64,000 nt of DNA from Gammaproteobacteria bacterium (GTDB taxonomy: Bacteria; Pseudomonadota; Gammaproteobacteria; SZUA-229). The DNA lies in assembly GCA_041589175.1 (NCBI GenBank), contig JBFHWF010000004.1, positions 3,480 through 67,479 of the forward strand, read 5' to 3'. The notes beneath the pieces were generated by a model. That model was not told the DNA's origin and did no database searches. It saw only the letters and a list, made by a program, of their open reading frames with translations. The position numbers were made by a program, and so were the translations under genes. Below, piece after piece: positions 46,240 to 55,919 of the stretch. Position 1 is the stretch's first letter. Each line of letters opens with the position of its first letter.

Positions 46240-46998
46240 CTACCCCAGTATCAACTTGATACCAACCAGCAGGGTCACCACTTCATAGGTGACCTTGATC
46301 AGTCGATTCCCCTTCACAATCGCCATATGCGCGCCGAGATAACCGCCCAGCAAAGAGCCCAGCAGTAATGCGGGCAGCCATGCCCAGTAGATTTCCCCGA
46401 GTATACCGAGGGTAACCGCACCACTGCCATTCCAGAAAATACCCACCAGAATCAGTGTGTAGGCGACTGCCATACGATAGTCGAGACCAAACCAGCGAAC
46501 CAGCCAGAGCGTCACAAACAGCCCTGTACCAGAGGTTAGTGAACCATTCAGGCCGCCGATGAGGAATATCACCACGCCGCCAATCAACATGCCTCGACGA
46601 TCCCGATTACTGACCTGAAGCGACTGACCCAGCTGGGGTGATAACCAGGAATACACGCCTAGCCCCATGGTCAGTACACCCAGCGCAATCTCCGCTGCTC
46701 GATCCGGCACTTCCAGAATAATGCTAGCACCCAGGATAACCCCCGGGATCCCGCATGCCAGAATATACAGGGCGAAATTTCTTTCCAGCTTACTGGAACT
46801 CAGGTGGCGAATTGTCGCTCCAATACCCAGGGCCACACTGGCGACCTTATGTGTTGCCAGCGCCACACCGAATGGCAGCCCCAGAAAGATGAGCGCAGGC
46901 AACTGAATCAGGCCAGCACCTCCACCGGCCAGCGCGGAAAAGAAGTTTGCCAGCAGAGAGACGATAAACAGGATAATTTGATCAGTAAACGCTTGCAT
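46240..46998 (-). CDS. TauE/SafE family sulfite/anion exporter
   Basis: 252 aa with about 8 TM helices, internal two-fold repeat and Gly-rich motifs (ALAGGGAGLIQLPALI; GGLNGSLTSGTG) typical of TauE/SafE. Confidence 0.8.
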   Translation of the reverse strand: MQAFTDQIILFIVSLLANFFSALAGGGAGLIQLPALIFLGLPFGVALATHKVASVALGIGATIRHLSSSKLERNFALYILACGIPGVILGASIILEVPDRAAEIALGVLTMGLGVYSWLSPQLGQSLQVSNRDRRGMLIGGVVIFLIGGLNGSLTSGTGLFVTLWLVRWFGLDYRMAVAYTLILVGIFWNGSGAVTLGILGEIYWAWLPALLLGSLLGGYLGAHMAIVKGNRLIKVTYEVVTLLVGIKLILG

Positions 46999-47187
46999 GT
47001 ATCATTAACAGTCCAGACAGGAAGTGTGTATTTTGCCACAACTTGAAACAACAGCTGCGGCAATATAGCATCGAGCCATATATACTCAGGAAATATAACT
47101 TAATAAGTAAAGGCCCAGCACGCTCTTCTTCAGAGCCATGACTGGGCACCGTATTCACCATACAGGATTAACAGAAAGTACCGAGCC

Positions 47188-47841
47188 ATGAAAACAAAAC
47201 AGATCATTACAGGTATTCAGTTTCTACTAATCAGCGCAAGCCTGACCCTGACATTCCCGGCACATGCCTTAAAAAAATGGGTGGATGAACATGGAAATGT
47301 CCATTACGGTGACCGTGTACCACCGCAGTACCTGAAAAAGGAACATGAAACACTAAATGAGGAAGGCATTGTTATTCGCAAAGCGAAGGCACGAAAATCT
47401 GACGAACAGATCGCAGAAGAAGAGCGCCAGCGCGAAGCAAAGAAAGAAGCTGACAAGCAACGCCTGATCGCACAGCGCAAACAGGCACTACGCGATCGCG
47501 TACTACTCGACACGTTCACCACCGAACGCGATCTGGAAATTGCACGTGACGCACGTATCGAAGCTATCGACTCGCAGATCTCTCTTGCAAAAACACTCAT
47601 CAATAAGGATGAGCAGAAACTCCAGGACGTTAAAGATCGTATCAAGAGCATTGAAGCAGGTGGCAGAGAAGCACCCGAAAACCTGCACAAAGAAGTTGTT
47701 GCTGTCAGTCGCCAGCTGGAAAACAACTATGCATTTATCGAAGACAAGAATAATGAGCGCCAATCCACACTGGACAAATTCAAGGAAGATGTAAAACGCT
47801 TTCGCGAGTTAAAATCTGGCACCAGGCCCGGCTCACTCTAA
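47188..47841 (+). CDS. DUF4124 domain protein with long coiled-coil
   Basis: Signal peptide, then KKWVDEHGNVHYGDRVPPQY (DUF4124 core), then a K/E/R-rich coiled coil. Confidence 0.7.
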   Translation: MKTKQIITGIQFLLISASLTLTFPAHALKKWVDEHGNVHYGDRVPPQYLKKEHETLNEEGIVIRKAKARKSDEQIAEEERQREAKKEADKQRLIAQRKQALRDRVLLDTFTTERDLEIARDARIEAIDSQISLAKTLINKDEQKLQDVKDRIKSIEAGGREAPENLHKEVVAVSRQLENNYAFIEDKNNERQSTLDKFKEDVKRFRELKSGTRPGSL

Positions 47842-47847
47842 GCCACA

Positions 47848-48561
47848 TTGAATCAGCAACGCCTCGACACCATTATACACAGTCTGCGTCAGCGCCAGCC
47901 TGACCTGACTGTGTTGATGGAAAACGTCACCAAACCCCATAATCTGGCAGCCGTCGCGCGCACTGCTGATGCAGTGGGTCTGCTGGATATTCACGCCATT
48001 ACTGAACGCAAATCGATTCGTCTCACCAGTATGTCGGCCTCGGGTGTAAAAAAATGGATAAAGGTACATACCCACACTGACATCAATCATGCCATTAAAA
48101 ATTTCAGACAACAGGACATGCAGATAATCGCAACCTGTCTGGATGATACAGCCGTTGATTTTCGCGAAGTTGACTACACAAAACCCAGCGCTATTTTAAT
48201 GGGCAGCGAACTACAGGGCATCAGTCAGTATGCTGTCGACGAATCAGATATTCATGTTTATATACCGATGGCCGGACTGGTGCAATCGCTTAATGTATCC
48301 GTAGCCAGTGCATTGATTTTATACGAAGCGTATCAACAACGTCAGGCTGCCGGCATGTATAATGATTGTCGTCTCGATAATGAACGGTATTACCAGTTAT
48401 TATTTGAGTGGACTCATCCAAAAGTCGCACGCTATTGCCAGCAGAAGCAATTAGCCTATCCCCGCATCAATGATCGAGCAGAAATCCTGGAGCCTGTCGC
48501 CGACAGTACAACCTATTCAGATCAGTCTTTCGCAGACTGGCTAAAACACAAGAAACTATGA
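47848..48561 (+). CDS. trmH: tRNA (guanosine(18)-2'-O)-methyltransferase
   Basis: SpoU/TrmH motifs: LMENVTKPHNLAAVARTADAVG, ILMGSELQGIS, IPMAGLVQSLNVSVA. The start codon is TTG. Confidence 0.85.
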   Translation: MNQQRLDTIIHSLRQRQPDLTVLMENVTKPHNLAAVARTADAVGLLDIHAITERKSIRLTSMSASGVKKWIKVHTHTDINHAIKNFRQQDMQIIATCLDDTAVDFREVDYTKPSAILMGSELQGISQYAVDESDIHVYIPMAGLVQSLNVSVASALILYEAYQQRQAAGMYNDCRLDNERYYQLLFEWTHPKVARYCQQKQLAYPRINDRAEILEPVADSTTYSDQSFADWLKHKKL

Positions 48562-49788
48562 CGTCTGTAGCGTTTGCTGTTTAACATCCAGCACTTCTGT
48601 CTCACCCACCTCAATACGATCACGACCTTTCGCCTTTGCTCTGTAAAGTGCTTTATCTGCAGCCTTAAACAGACCAAGCGCAGTAGCATGCTCACTCGGC
48701 ATGACCGTAGCAACACCTATACTCATCGTCACATAGCCTCCTAAAGGAGACGTCGCATGAATCAACTGGGCCTGTGACAGACGAGCCTGCATTTGCTGGG
48801 CCACATTAAGTGCACCTGTCTGCTCCACCCCAGGCAGCAGCACAACAAACTCTTCTCCACCAATACGCGCAAGCACATCACTTGAACGATGCACACAGGC
48901 ATTCAGCACATCAGCAACATTCTTCAGACAGACATCACCTTCCGCATGCCCATAGGTATCGTTGTAAAGTTTGAAATAATCAATATCGATCACGATGAGT
49001 GACAGTACCTGGTGATCACGTATTTCCCGTTTCCATTCCGCTTCCAGTTTCATTTCAAAAAAGCGGCGATTATGCAAGCCCGTTAACGCATCTTCCAGAC
49101 TTAATGTTTCCAGTTGTTCATTAGCGTGTATCAACTCCTGGTTCGACTGACTCAGGGTGTTAACTAGCTGTGATTTCTCGAACTGCATCCCCAGGCTTTC
49201 AGACAGATTCTGATCCATACGACGGATGGCATAGAACAGACCGATTAGATAGAGCCCAAACATAAACACCAGAATCGTGCCGCGCTCTTCAAGCATAATC
49301 GATACATAAACAAGATATGGAATTGTGGTCGGCACCTGAAAGCCGAGCATCACACTCTGACTTACACCCAGCAGGGGTATTGCTGCCGCACTCACGCCAA
49401 GCAAGACAATAAAAATATAAACCTGAGAAAGCGAATCCAGCTTCGAACCAATCAACAAGCCGCCCACACACCAGGTACAGGCAACAACAAAGGTGCAGGC
49501 ATGGAAGCGACGGTACCAGTAGGTATAATCAATTGCGTCAGGCTGCTGCTGATGCATTCTTACAAAACGTATTGTATTCCAGGTTCGAGTCAGGGTAAGC
49601 GCAACAAACGCCAGCCACCAGCCAGCACCCTGAATCAGCAGGCCTGCATCAATTGCCAGGTATGCGATAAGGCATGATGCCAGAATCGATAACAACCAGC
49701 TCTGTGTCTGGTTGCTGTATAACATTGTAACTTTTTTTTCAAAAACCCAGCGCTGGCTATCCGTACTGGCTAACACCTGTTTGTCCAT
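48556..49788 (-). CDS. membrane-bound diguanylate cyclase (multi-TM sensor + GGDEF)
   Basis: Six or so N-terminal TM helices, a coiled linker, and a GGDEF domain. The domain has LTGLHNRR, DIDYFKLYNDTYGH and RIGGEEF, with an RSSD I-site. Confidence 0.85.
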   Translation of the reverse strand: MDKQVLASTDSQRWVFEKKVTMLYSNQTQSWLLSILASCLIAYLAIDAGLLIQGAGWWLAFVALTLTRTWNTIRFVRMHQQQPDAIDYTYWYRRFHACTFVVACTWCVGGLLIGSKLDSLSQVYIFIVLLGVSAAAIPLLGVSQSVMLGFQVPTTIPYLVYVSIMLEERGTILVFMFGLYLIGLFYAIRRMDQNLSESLGMQFEKSQLVNTLSQSNQELIHANEQLETLSLEDALTGLHNRRFFEMKLEAEWKREIRDHQVLSLIVIDIDYFKLYNDTYGHAEGDVCLKNVADVLNACVHRSSDVLARIGGEEFVVLLPGVEQTGALNVAQQMQARLSQAQLIHATSPLGGYVTMSIGVATVMPSEHATALGLFKAADKALYRAKAKGRDRIEVGETEVLDVKQQTLQTS

Positions 49789-49817
49789 ATGTAATTAAAT
49801 TCCCGTAACCTTCATCT

Positions 49818-50534
49818 TCATTTCTCGGCTCGCGCAAGGCTCCACACATCCACTCGCTCAACACCCTCTGCCAGTAAACAACGGGATAACTCCATCACCG
49901 TTGAAGCCGTTGTCACAACATCATCAAACAACACAACATGTCGATAGGGCTTGCTGAGTCGAACCGCAAATGCGCCCTTTATATTTTTTCTGCGCTGTTG
50001 TGCATTTTTCCCTGTCTGGTGTTCGGTATTACGAACTCGTTTACAGCTATCCACATCCACTGATAATGACATCGATTGCGCAAGTGGTCGAACCAGCAAT
50101 TCACACTGGTTAAACCCTCGTTGTCGTAACCTGTTGTCGTGCAGCGGCATCGGCATAATCACCTCTGGCAGAGTGAGATGCCGCTGCAAACGCACAAACT
50201 CACGTAACATCAGACCGGACAGGAGTGGGGCAAATGCCAGCTTAGCATTAAACTTCAGCTGGTGAATCATCCATTCGAGCGGTTGCGCATACACAAAAGG
50301 ACTCCAGCTAAAGGCAAATGGCGGTGCCGATTGCAGGCATTCACCACAGCATATCGGCTCATTCGTTGAATTTGTCAGATGAGGCATGGGCAGGGCACAA
50401 CAATGACAACTGGGATGATTGGCAACCAGATCTGCTGCACAGGCCACACAAATATTGAGGTCGCCCAGCAGCTGCTGATGACCCTCACACAGCAGGCAGT
50501 ACCGCGGATAGAGAAAAGATAGTAGTGAGTGCAT
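49818..50534 (-). CDS. comF: ComF family protein (amidophosphoribosyltransferase-like)
   Basis: N-terminal Cys pairs (CLLC...CVAC; CHCC...CCGEC) and the C-terminal PRTase motif [17 protein letters not shown] at 50534. Confidence 0.75.
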   Translation of the reverse strand: MHSLLSFLYPRYCLLCEGHQQLLGDLNICVACAADLVANHPSCHCCALPMPHLTNSTNEPICCGECLQSAPPFAFSWSPFVYAQPLEWMIHQLKFNAKLAFAPLLSGLMLREFVRLQRHLTLPEVIMPMPLHDNRLRQRGFNQCELLVRPLAQSMSLSVDVDSCKRVRNTEHQTGKNAQQRRKNIKGAFAVRLSKPYRHVVLFDDVVTTASTVMELSRCLLAEGVERVDVWSLARAEK

Positions 50535-50662
50535 CTTCCATATTTGCCCGGAAAAATCTGCAAGCAGCGATATGCTGGAGAAATATGCTCCGGGAAACTC
50601 CATTTTCAGAGAAAAGCGGGTATCATTACCCCTCTCAGATGCACTATATAGATCTCAGCCCC

Positions 50663-51676
50663 ATGACACAAGCAAAGCCACAGCCTGAAGCCCCGCAACT
50701 ACGCCACGACTGGTCACTACAGGAAATTAACGAGCTACTAGCCAGACCCTTTAACGACCTGCTATTCGAGGCCCATAGCCTGCATCGACAGTACCACCAG
50801 CCTAACGAAGTGCAGATCAGCACGCTGCTAAGCATCAAGACTGGTGCCTGCCCGGAAGACTGTGGCTATTGCTCACAAAGCGCACGCCACAGCACCGAGC
50901 TTGAGCCTGAGCGGCTGCTCCCCCTGGAAGAGGTCATTGAAAAAGCCAGTATTGCGAAAAATAATGGCTCAACCCGTTTCTGCATGGGTGCGGCCTGGCG
51001 CAACCCGACCGATAAAAACCTCGACCGGGTGATCGAGATGATTCGCGCGGTGAAAGAGCTGGGCATGGAATCCTGCGTTACCCTGGGAATGCTTACCGAA
51101 CAGCAGAGCCAGCGTCTGAAAGAAGCCGGGCTCGATTATTATAATCACAACCTGGATACCTCTCCTGAGTTCTACGGCAACGTCATCAGCACCCGCACCT
51201 TCCAGGATCGTCTGGATACCTTAAAACATGTTCGGGATTGCGGAATCAATGTTTGCAGCGGTGGCATTCTGGGCATGGGCGAGTCGAGTACTGACCGCGC
51301 CTCCATGCTGCAGCAGCTGGCGAATATGCCCCAGCACCCGGAGTCGGTCCCCATTAATATGCTGGTTCAGGTTGAAGGCACCCCACTGTTTGGTAGCGAT
51401 GGCATTGATAGTATCGAGTTCGTTCGCAGTATCGCTGTAGCACGCATTCTAATGCCTGCTTCTCAGGTCAGGCTGTCTGCAGGCCGCCATGAAATGAGCG
51501 ATGAAATGCAGGCCATGTGCTTCTTTGCTGGAGCTAACTCCATCTTTTATGGTGATCGCCTGCTGACGACGGATAACTGCGAGACCAACAGCGATCTGGC
51601 GCTCTTCGATCGCCTGGGTATCCAGCCCAGTGAAGCCCACAATGACATGATCAAGGCGGAAGCCTGCCACGGATAG
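50663..51676 (+). CDS. bioB: biotin synthase
   Basis: [16 protein letters not shown] radical SAM motif, [16 protein letters not shown] and [14 protein letters not shown] at 50663. Confidence 0.95.
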   Translation: MTQAKPQPEAPQLRHDWSLQEINELLARPFNDLLFEAHSLHRQYHQPNEVQISTLLSIKTGACPEDCGYCSQSARHSTELEPERLLPLEEVIEKASIAKNNGSTRFCMGAAWRNPTDKNLDRVIEMIRAVKELGMESCVTLGMLTEQQSQRLKEAGLDYYNHNLDTSPEFYGNVISTRTFQDRLDTLKHVRDCGINVCSGGILGMGESSTDRASMLQQLANMPQHPESVPINMLVQVEGTPLFGSDGIDSIEFVRSIAVARILMPASQVRLSAGRHEMSDEMQAMCFFAGANSIFYGDRLLTTDNCETNSDLALFDRLGIQPSEAHNDMIKAEACHG

Positions 51677-51679
51677 GCA

Positions 51680-52834
51680 ATGAAAGACCTACGAAAGGCC
51701 CTGGAACAACGGCAACAGCTGGGTCTGTATCGACAGCGTCGCCAGCTGCAGAGCCCGCAGGGACGCCTTATTCAGCTGAATGGTCAAAGCTGTCTGAATT
51801 TCTGCAGCAATGACTATCTAGGCTTTGCCAGCCACCCAAAACTTATCGAGGCATTTACCTCCGCCGCCAGAGCAACCGGGGTCGGCAGTGGTTCAGCCCA
51901 TCTGGTTAATGGCCATCACCAGTTACACCATCAGCTGGAAGAAGCCCTCGCCGAGTTTACCGGCTATCCCCGCGCACTGCTGTTTTCCACGGGTTATATG
52001 GCTAACCTTGGGCTAGCACAGAGCCTCTGCGGACGCCACGACACAGTCATCGAAGACAAACTCAATCATGCCTCCCTGCTGGATGCGGCACAGTTGAGTG
52101 GTGCTCGCCTGCGACGCTACCCTCACCTCGACTATGAAGCCCTGCAACAACAGCTGGAACGCTCGACAGAAGGTGAAATCCTGGTGAGTTCCGACGCTGT
52201 ATTTAGCATGGACGGCGATCAGCTGGATATCGCTCGATGGCAGGCCAGCTGTCAGCCATATAACGCCTGGCTGATGCTGGATGATGCCCATGGCTTCGGG
52301 GTACTCGGTGAGCAGGGACGGGGCAGCCTCAACCATCAAGGTACTGGCAACCCACAGATGATCTATATGGCAACCCTGGGCAAGGCCCTTGGCACCTCCG
52401 GTGCATTTGTTGCGGGGAGCGAAGATCTTATCGAATACCTGATTCAATTTGCCCGTAGCTACATCTACACCACGGCGATGCCACCCGCTGTCGCTGCCGC
52501 CACCCTGGCCAGCCTGCAACTGTTACAGCAGGAGCCTGAGCACCAGCAGGCATTAAAGCGGAATATCCACACCTTTAAATCAATGGCGACGCAAGCCAGC
52601 CTGCCCCTCATGCCGTCGGATACCGCTATCCAGCCCCTCCTCCTCGGCGATGCACAACTAACAGTAAATGTTAGTCAGCAGCTGTTTACACAGGGTATAC
52701 ACCTGGCAGCAATTCGCCCACCAACGGTGCCCGAGGGTAGCGCACGACTGCGAATCACGCTGCGCGCCGATCATCAGCTCAGCGACCTGGAACAACTCGT
52801 TGAGCGCCTGCAACTGGCCCTTGCTCACCTCTGA
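51680..52834 (+). CDS. bioF: 8-amino-7-oxononanoate synthase
   Basis: NFCSNDYLG, SGSAHLVNGH, DDAHGFGV and the PLP-Lys motif ATLGKALG. It starts 3 nt after the bioB stop. Confidence 0.9.
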   Translation: MKDLRKALEQRQQLGLYRQRRQLQSPQGRLIQLNGQSCLNFCSNDYLGFASHPKLIEAFTSAARATGVGSGSAHLVNGHHQLHHQLEEALAEFTGYPRALLFSTGYMANLGLAQSLCGRHDTVIEDKLNHASLLDAAQLSGARLRRYPHLDYEALQQQLERSTEGEILVSSDAVFSMDGDQLDIARWQASCQPYNAWLMLDDAHGFGVLGEQGRGSLNHQGTGNPQMIYMATLGKALGTSGAFVAGSEDLIEYLIQFARSYIYTTAMPPAVAAATLASLQLLQQEPEHQQALKRNIHTFKSMATQASLPLMPSDTAIQPLLLGDAQLTVNVSQQLFTQGIHLAAIRPPTVPEGSARLRITLRADHQLSDLEQLVERLQLALAHL

Positions 52835-52877
52835 GTTGCGTTATTGTCATCCCACTGTACCGACAGTCGGTCTATTT

Positions 52878-52891
52878 CTGCTCTAAATCAA
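52878..52891 (+). promoter_or_regulatory. weak FNR/Anr-like half-conserved box upstream of hemN
   Basis: CTGCT-CTAA-ATCAA compared with the consensus TTGAT-N4-ATCAA gives 8/10 matches. It is centred about 63 nt before the hemN ATG. Confidence 0.3.
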
Positions 52892-52947
52892 CAAAATCGC
52901 CCCTCATACCGTCTATGATGTCCCGACAGACACTATAGAGACCCCCC

Positions 52948-54330
52948 ATGTCAGATATCGAATTCGACACACAGCTTATCAAGAAGTACGACATTGCCGG
53001 CCCCCGGTATACGTCCTACCCGACTGCCGTGCAGTTCAGTGAAGATTTCAGCGAAGCGGACTACCGCCAGCAGGCAGAAAAATCCAACCGCTCTGGTCGC
53101 GAACTCTCCCTGTATTTTCACCTGCCATTCTGCGACACCATCTGTTACTACTGCGCCTGTAACAAGGTCATCACCAAAGATCGTAGCAAGGCAGATCCTT
53201 ACCTGAGCACCCTGCACCGGGAAATCGCTATGCAGGCAGAACTGTTCGATCGATCTCGCAAGGTCAATCAGCTTCACTGGGGTGGTGGAACCCCCACATT
53301 TATCAGCCATGGGCAGATGCGCGAACTGATGGATGTGACGCGCCAGCACTTTAACCTGCATGATGATGACAGTGGTGAGTACTCTATCGAAATCGACCCC
53401 CGCGAAGTCAGCCGTGAAAGCATCGAGCTGCTCCGCGATATCGGCTTTAATCGAATGAGTCTGGGGGTACAGGATTTTAATCCTGACGTACAGAAAGCGG
53501 TCAATCGAATTCAATCTGAACAGCAGACACTGGATGCTCTCAACAGCGCCCGCGAGTGTGGCTTTAAGTCCATTAGTACCGACCTGATATACGGCCTGCC
53601 TCTGCAGACGCCCGACAGCTTTAACAACACACTGTCGCGTATTATCGAATTAGGTCCGGACCGCATCTCCTTATTTAACTACGCGCACATGCCCGAGTTA
53701 TTTAAACCACAACGCCGCATCAATGAAGCAGACATGCCTGCGGCTGAAACAAAACTGAGCATTCTCAAACAAAGTATCGAGCAACTGATTGATGCAGGCT
53801 ATGTCTATATCGGCATGGATCACTTTGCGCGCCCCGATGATGAACTCAGCATCGCCCAGCAACAGGGAAAGCTTTATCGTAACTTTCAGGGTTACGCCAC
53901 ACATGCAGACTGCGACCTTATCGGCATGGGCATTACTTCAATCGGCACCATCGACAACAGCTTTGCACAGAATGTAAAAACCCTCGATGAATACACGGCA
54001 AAAATCGACGCAGGGCAACTCGCCGTTTTTCGTGGCATCCGCATCGACGAAGACGACCTGTTACGCCGCGACATTATCATGCAGCTCATCTGTCACTTTG
54101 ATTTGAATTTTGCTGCAATGGAAGCTAAACATAGTATTAACTTCCGTGAATATTTTTCTATCGAACTGAAACAGTTACAGACAATGTGTGACGACGGATT
54201 AATTGAATTAAACAATCAATCAATACGCGTCACCAGCAAAGGTCGCTTGCTGATTCGAAACATATGCATGGTATTCGACCGCTACCTGAATACCGGGCAA
54301 CAACAGCAGCGTTTTTCCAGGGCTATCTAA
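52948..54330 (+). CDS. hemN: oxygen-independent coproporphyrinogen III oxidase
   Basis: GPRYTSYPTA, YFHLPFCDTICYYCACN, WGGGTPTF and the full-length 460 aa with the C-terminal HemN domain. Confidence 0.95.
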   Translation: MSDIEFDTQLIKKYDIAGPRYTSYPTAVQFSEDFSEADYRQQAEKSNRSGRELSLYFHLPFCDTICYYCACNKVITKDRSKADPYLSTLHREIAMQAELFDRSRKVNQLHWGGGTPTFISHGQMRELMDVTRQHFNLHDDDSGEYSIEIDPREVSRESIELLRDIGFNRMSLGVQDFNPDVQKAVNRIQSEQQTLDALNSARECGFKSISTDLIYGLPLQTPDSFNNTLSRIIELGPDRISLFNYAHMPELFKPQRRINEADMPAAETKLSILKQSIEQLIDAGYVYIGMDHFARPDDELSIAQQQGKLYRNFQGYATHADCDLIGMGITSIGTIDNSFAQNVKTLDEYTAKIDAGQLAVFRGIRIDEDDLLRRDIIMQLICHFDLNFAAMEAKHSINFREYFSIELKQLQTMCDDGLIELNNQSIRVTSKGRLLIRNICMVFDRYLNTGQQQQRFSRAI

Positions 54331-54360
54331 TATCTGCGTTGCAGTATAAGGGAGTCAATC

Positions 54361-54822
54361 ATGCCATCGCCACTGTTAAAAGAGTATCTTGACGAGAACG
54401 ATATCAAGTATGTATCGATTATGCATTCTATGGCCTTTACCGCTGTGGATATTGCCAAGAGTGCCCATATCCCTTCACGCGAGCTTGCCAAGACAGTCAT
54501 TCTCGAAGTCGATAACCAGATGGCTATGGCCGTTGTACCTGCCAACTACAAGGTTAACCTGACTATTTTGAAAGACGCACTTGATACTGACAATATTCGA
54601 CTAGCTGATGAATCAAGATTTACACCACGCTTCAGGGATTGCGAAGTTGGTGCCATGCCTCCCTTTGGCTGCCTTTACGATATGGATGTCTATGTAGCCG
54701 AAAGCCTGTCGGAAGACGATACCATCGCCTTTAATGCCGGCTCTCATATGGAAATCATACAGATGGACTACAAAGACTATGAGAACCTGGTAAAACCAAG
54801 GTTTATCTTTCTGGACAACTAA
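54361..54822 (+). CDS. YbaK/EbsC-type aminoacyl-tRNA deacylase domain protein
   Basis: 153 aa. The pattern ...AKTVILEVDNQMAMAVVPANYKVNLTILKDAL... and GAMPPFG resembles the YbaK/ProRS-associated editing domain. Confidence 0.65.
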   Translation: MPSPLLKEYLDENDIKYVSIMHSMAFTAVDIAKSAHIPSRELAKTVILEVDNQMAMAVVPANYKVNLTILKDALDTDNIRLADESRFTPRFRDCEVGAMPPFGCLYDMDVYVAESLSEDDTIAFNAGSHMEIIQMDYKDYENLVKPRFIFLDN

Positions 54823-54836
54823 GGCCATAGACCGCC

Positions 54837-55034
54837 ATGAGCATGAGACGGGAAAGCGATGCAAGCTCTGAAGCACAACGCAACGCTCATCGCAGTAGCC
54901 GCAGTTTTGAAGTCAATGGCCAGTGGTATTTTGAATTACGCGGTGGCGGACAGAAGGGGCCGTATGAAAGCAAAGCCGAAATGCAACAGGCACTGAACGA
55001 ATTTATTCAGTTTTACGAAGAGCTTAATCAATAA
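54837..55034 (+). CDS. small conserved-motif protein (WYFELRGG.QKGPY), paralog 1
   Basis: 65 aa. It shares 24 of 44 hand-aligned residues with the ORF at 55237-55443. Confidence 0.55.
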   Translation: MSMRRESDASSEAQRNAHRSSRSFEVNGQWYFELRGGGQKGPYESKAEMQQALNEFIQFYEELNQ

Positions 55035-55236
55035 AACTTATAACTAGCTCGTATTAATACAAATATTTTATTATCTGGTTTTTAAAACCTTTTCAGTCAG
55101 TTACCACTCCTCCTCACATAAACGTGGCATACCACCGGTCAATTAACACTGTTTATGCCATTGCGTGATTAAAAAGTTATTTTAATCTCATAAAGATAAG
55201 CTCAGAGTTTTCTGGCCAAATGATGACGAGGTCACT

Positions 55237-55443
55237 ATGCAAAAACACCGCGCAGGGGAACATAACCCCATACCCTTCCGTAACGAACGCTATTTCTGTG
55301 CCAATGGCTCCTGGTATTTTGAAGTCCGCGGCGGCGTACAGAAAGGCCCCTATGCAAACCGTGAAGAAATGGAAGCTGAACTGTTACTGTTTATCCGTGA
55401 GCAGAATATGCTTAACCAGTCCCTCAGGGGATCATCATCCTGA
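55237..55443 (+). CDS. small conserved-motif protein (WYFEVRGG.QKGPY), paralog 2
   Basis: 68 aa and paralogous to 54837-55034. GAGG sits a few nt upstream of the ATG. Confidence 0.55.
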   Translation: MQKHRAGEHNPIPFRNERYFCANGSWYFEVRGGVQKGPYANREEMEAELLLFIREQNMLNQSLRGSSS

Positions 55444-55445
55444 TA

Positions 55446-55775
55446 CTAGTCACGAAATTCTGAAACGCGAATTCGTCCGTTAATCATTTTCGATTCGCGT
55501 TTCATGATTTTCGACATCTTATCCCAGAACGCCTGCTTCAGATCAAAATCCTGCGCGATCGCAGTACCCATAAGCAGGATCAGGAGATCAGCACATTCCT
55601 CGGCAAGCGCTTCAACTGGTTTCCCCTTACTGGCACAGGCCGAAATTTCTCCCAGCTCCTCGGTCATCAATGCAATGCGATACATGAGTTCCTCACCACC
55701 GGTGTTTCTGAAATCATGCTTGTCATGGAACGCCTGTACTTCTGCCAGCATTTCGTTGTATGAATCCTGATTCAT
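55446..55775 (-). CDS. MazG-like nucleotide pyrophosphohydrolase domain protein
   Basis: 109 aa, all-alpha, with the paired acidic motifs LMTEELGEI and LAEECADLLILLMG (E..E / E..D) typical of MazG/dimeric dUTPase-like NTP-PPases. Confidence 0.65.
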   Translation of the reverse strand: MNQDSYNEMLAEVQAFHDKHDFRNTGGEELMYRIALMTEELGEISACASKGKPVEALAEECADLLILLMGTAIAQDFDLKQAFWDKMSKIMKRESKMINGRIRVSEFRD

Positions 55776-55919
55776 CTAAAGCCTCTCTCATTTGACTCCG
55801 CCAGTTTCAGACAAAGGGCACTGGCAGGCAAGCCCCGTTGAACCATACTTATTTATGAGCCGAGTTATTATGGCGGCTCTTGCGATCCCGATCGACCATT
55901 TTGCAGTGAGGTAACAGAC

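Noticed and set aside
52013-53514. Minus-strand ORFs of 168 aa (52013-52519) and 187 aa (52951-53514)
   Set aside because: They are antisense to bioF and hemN respectively, both of which are securely identified.
55220-55483. 87-aa plus-strand ORF in an alternative frame to 55237-55443
   Set aside because: The 55237 frame reproduces the WYFE.RGG.QKGPY motif of the upstream paralog. The alternative frame does not.
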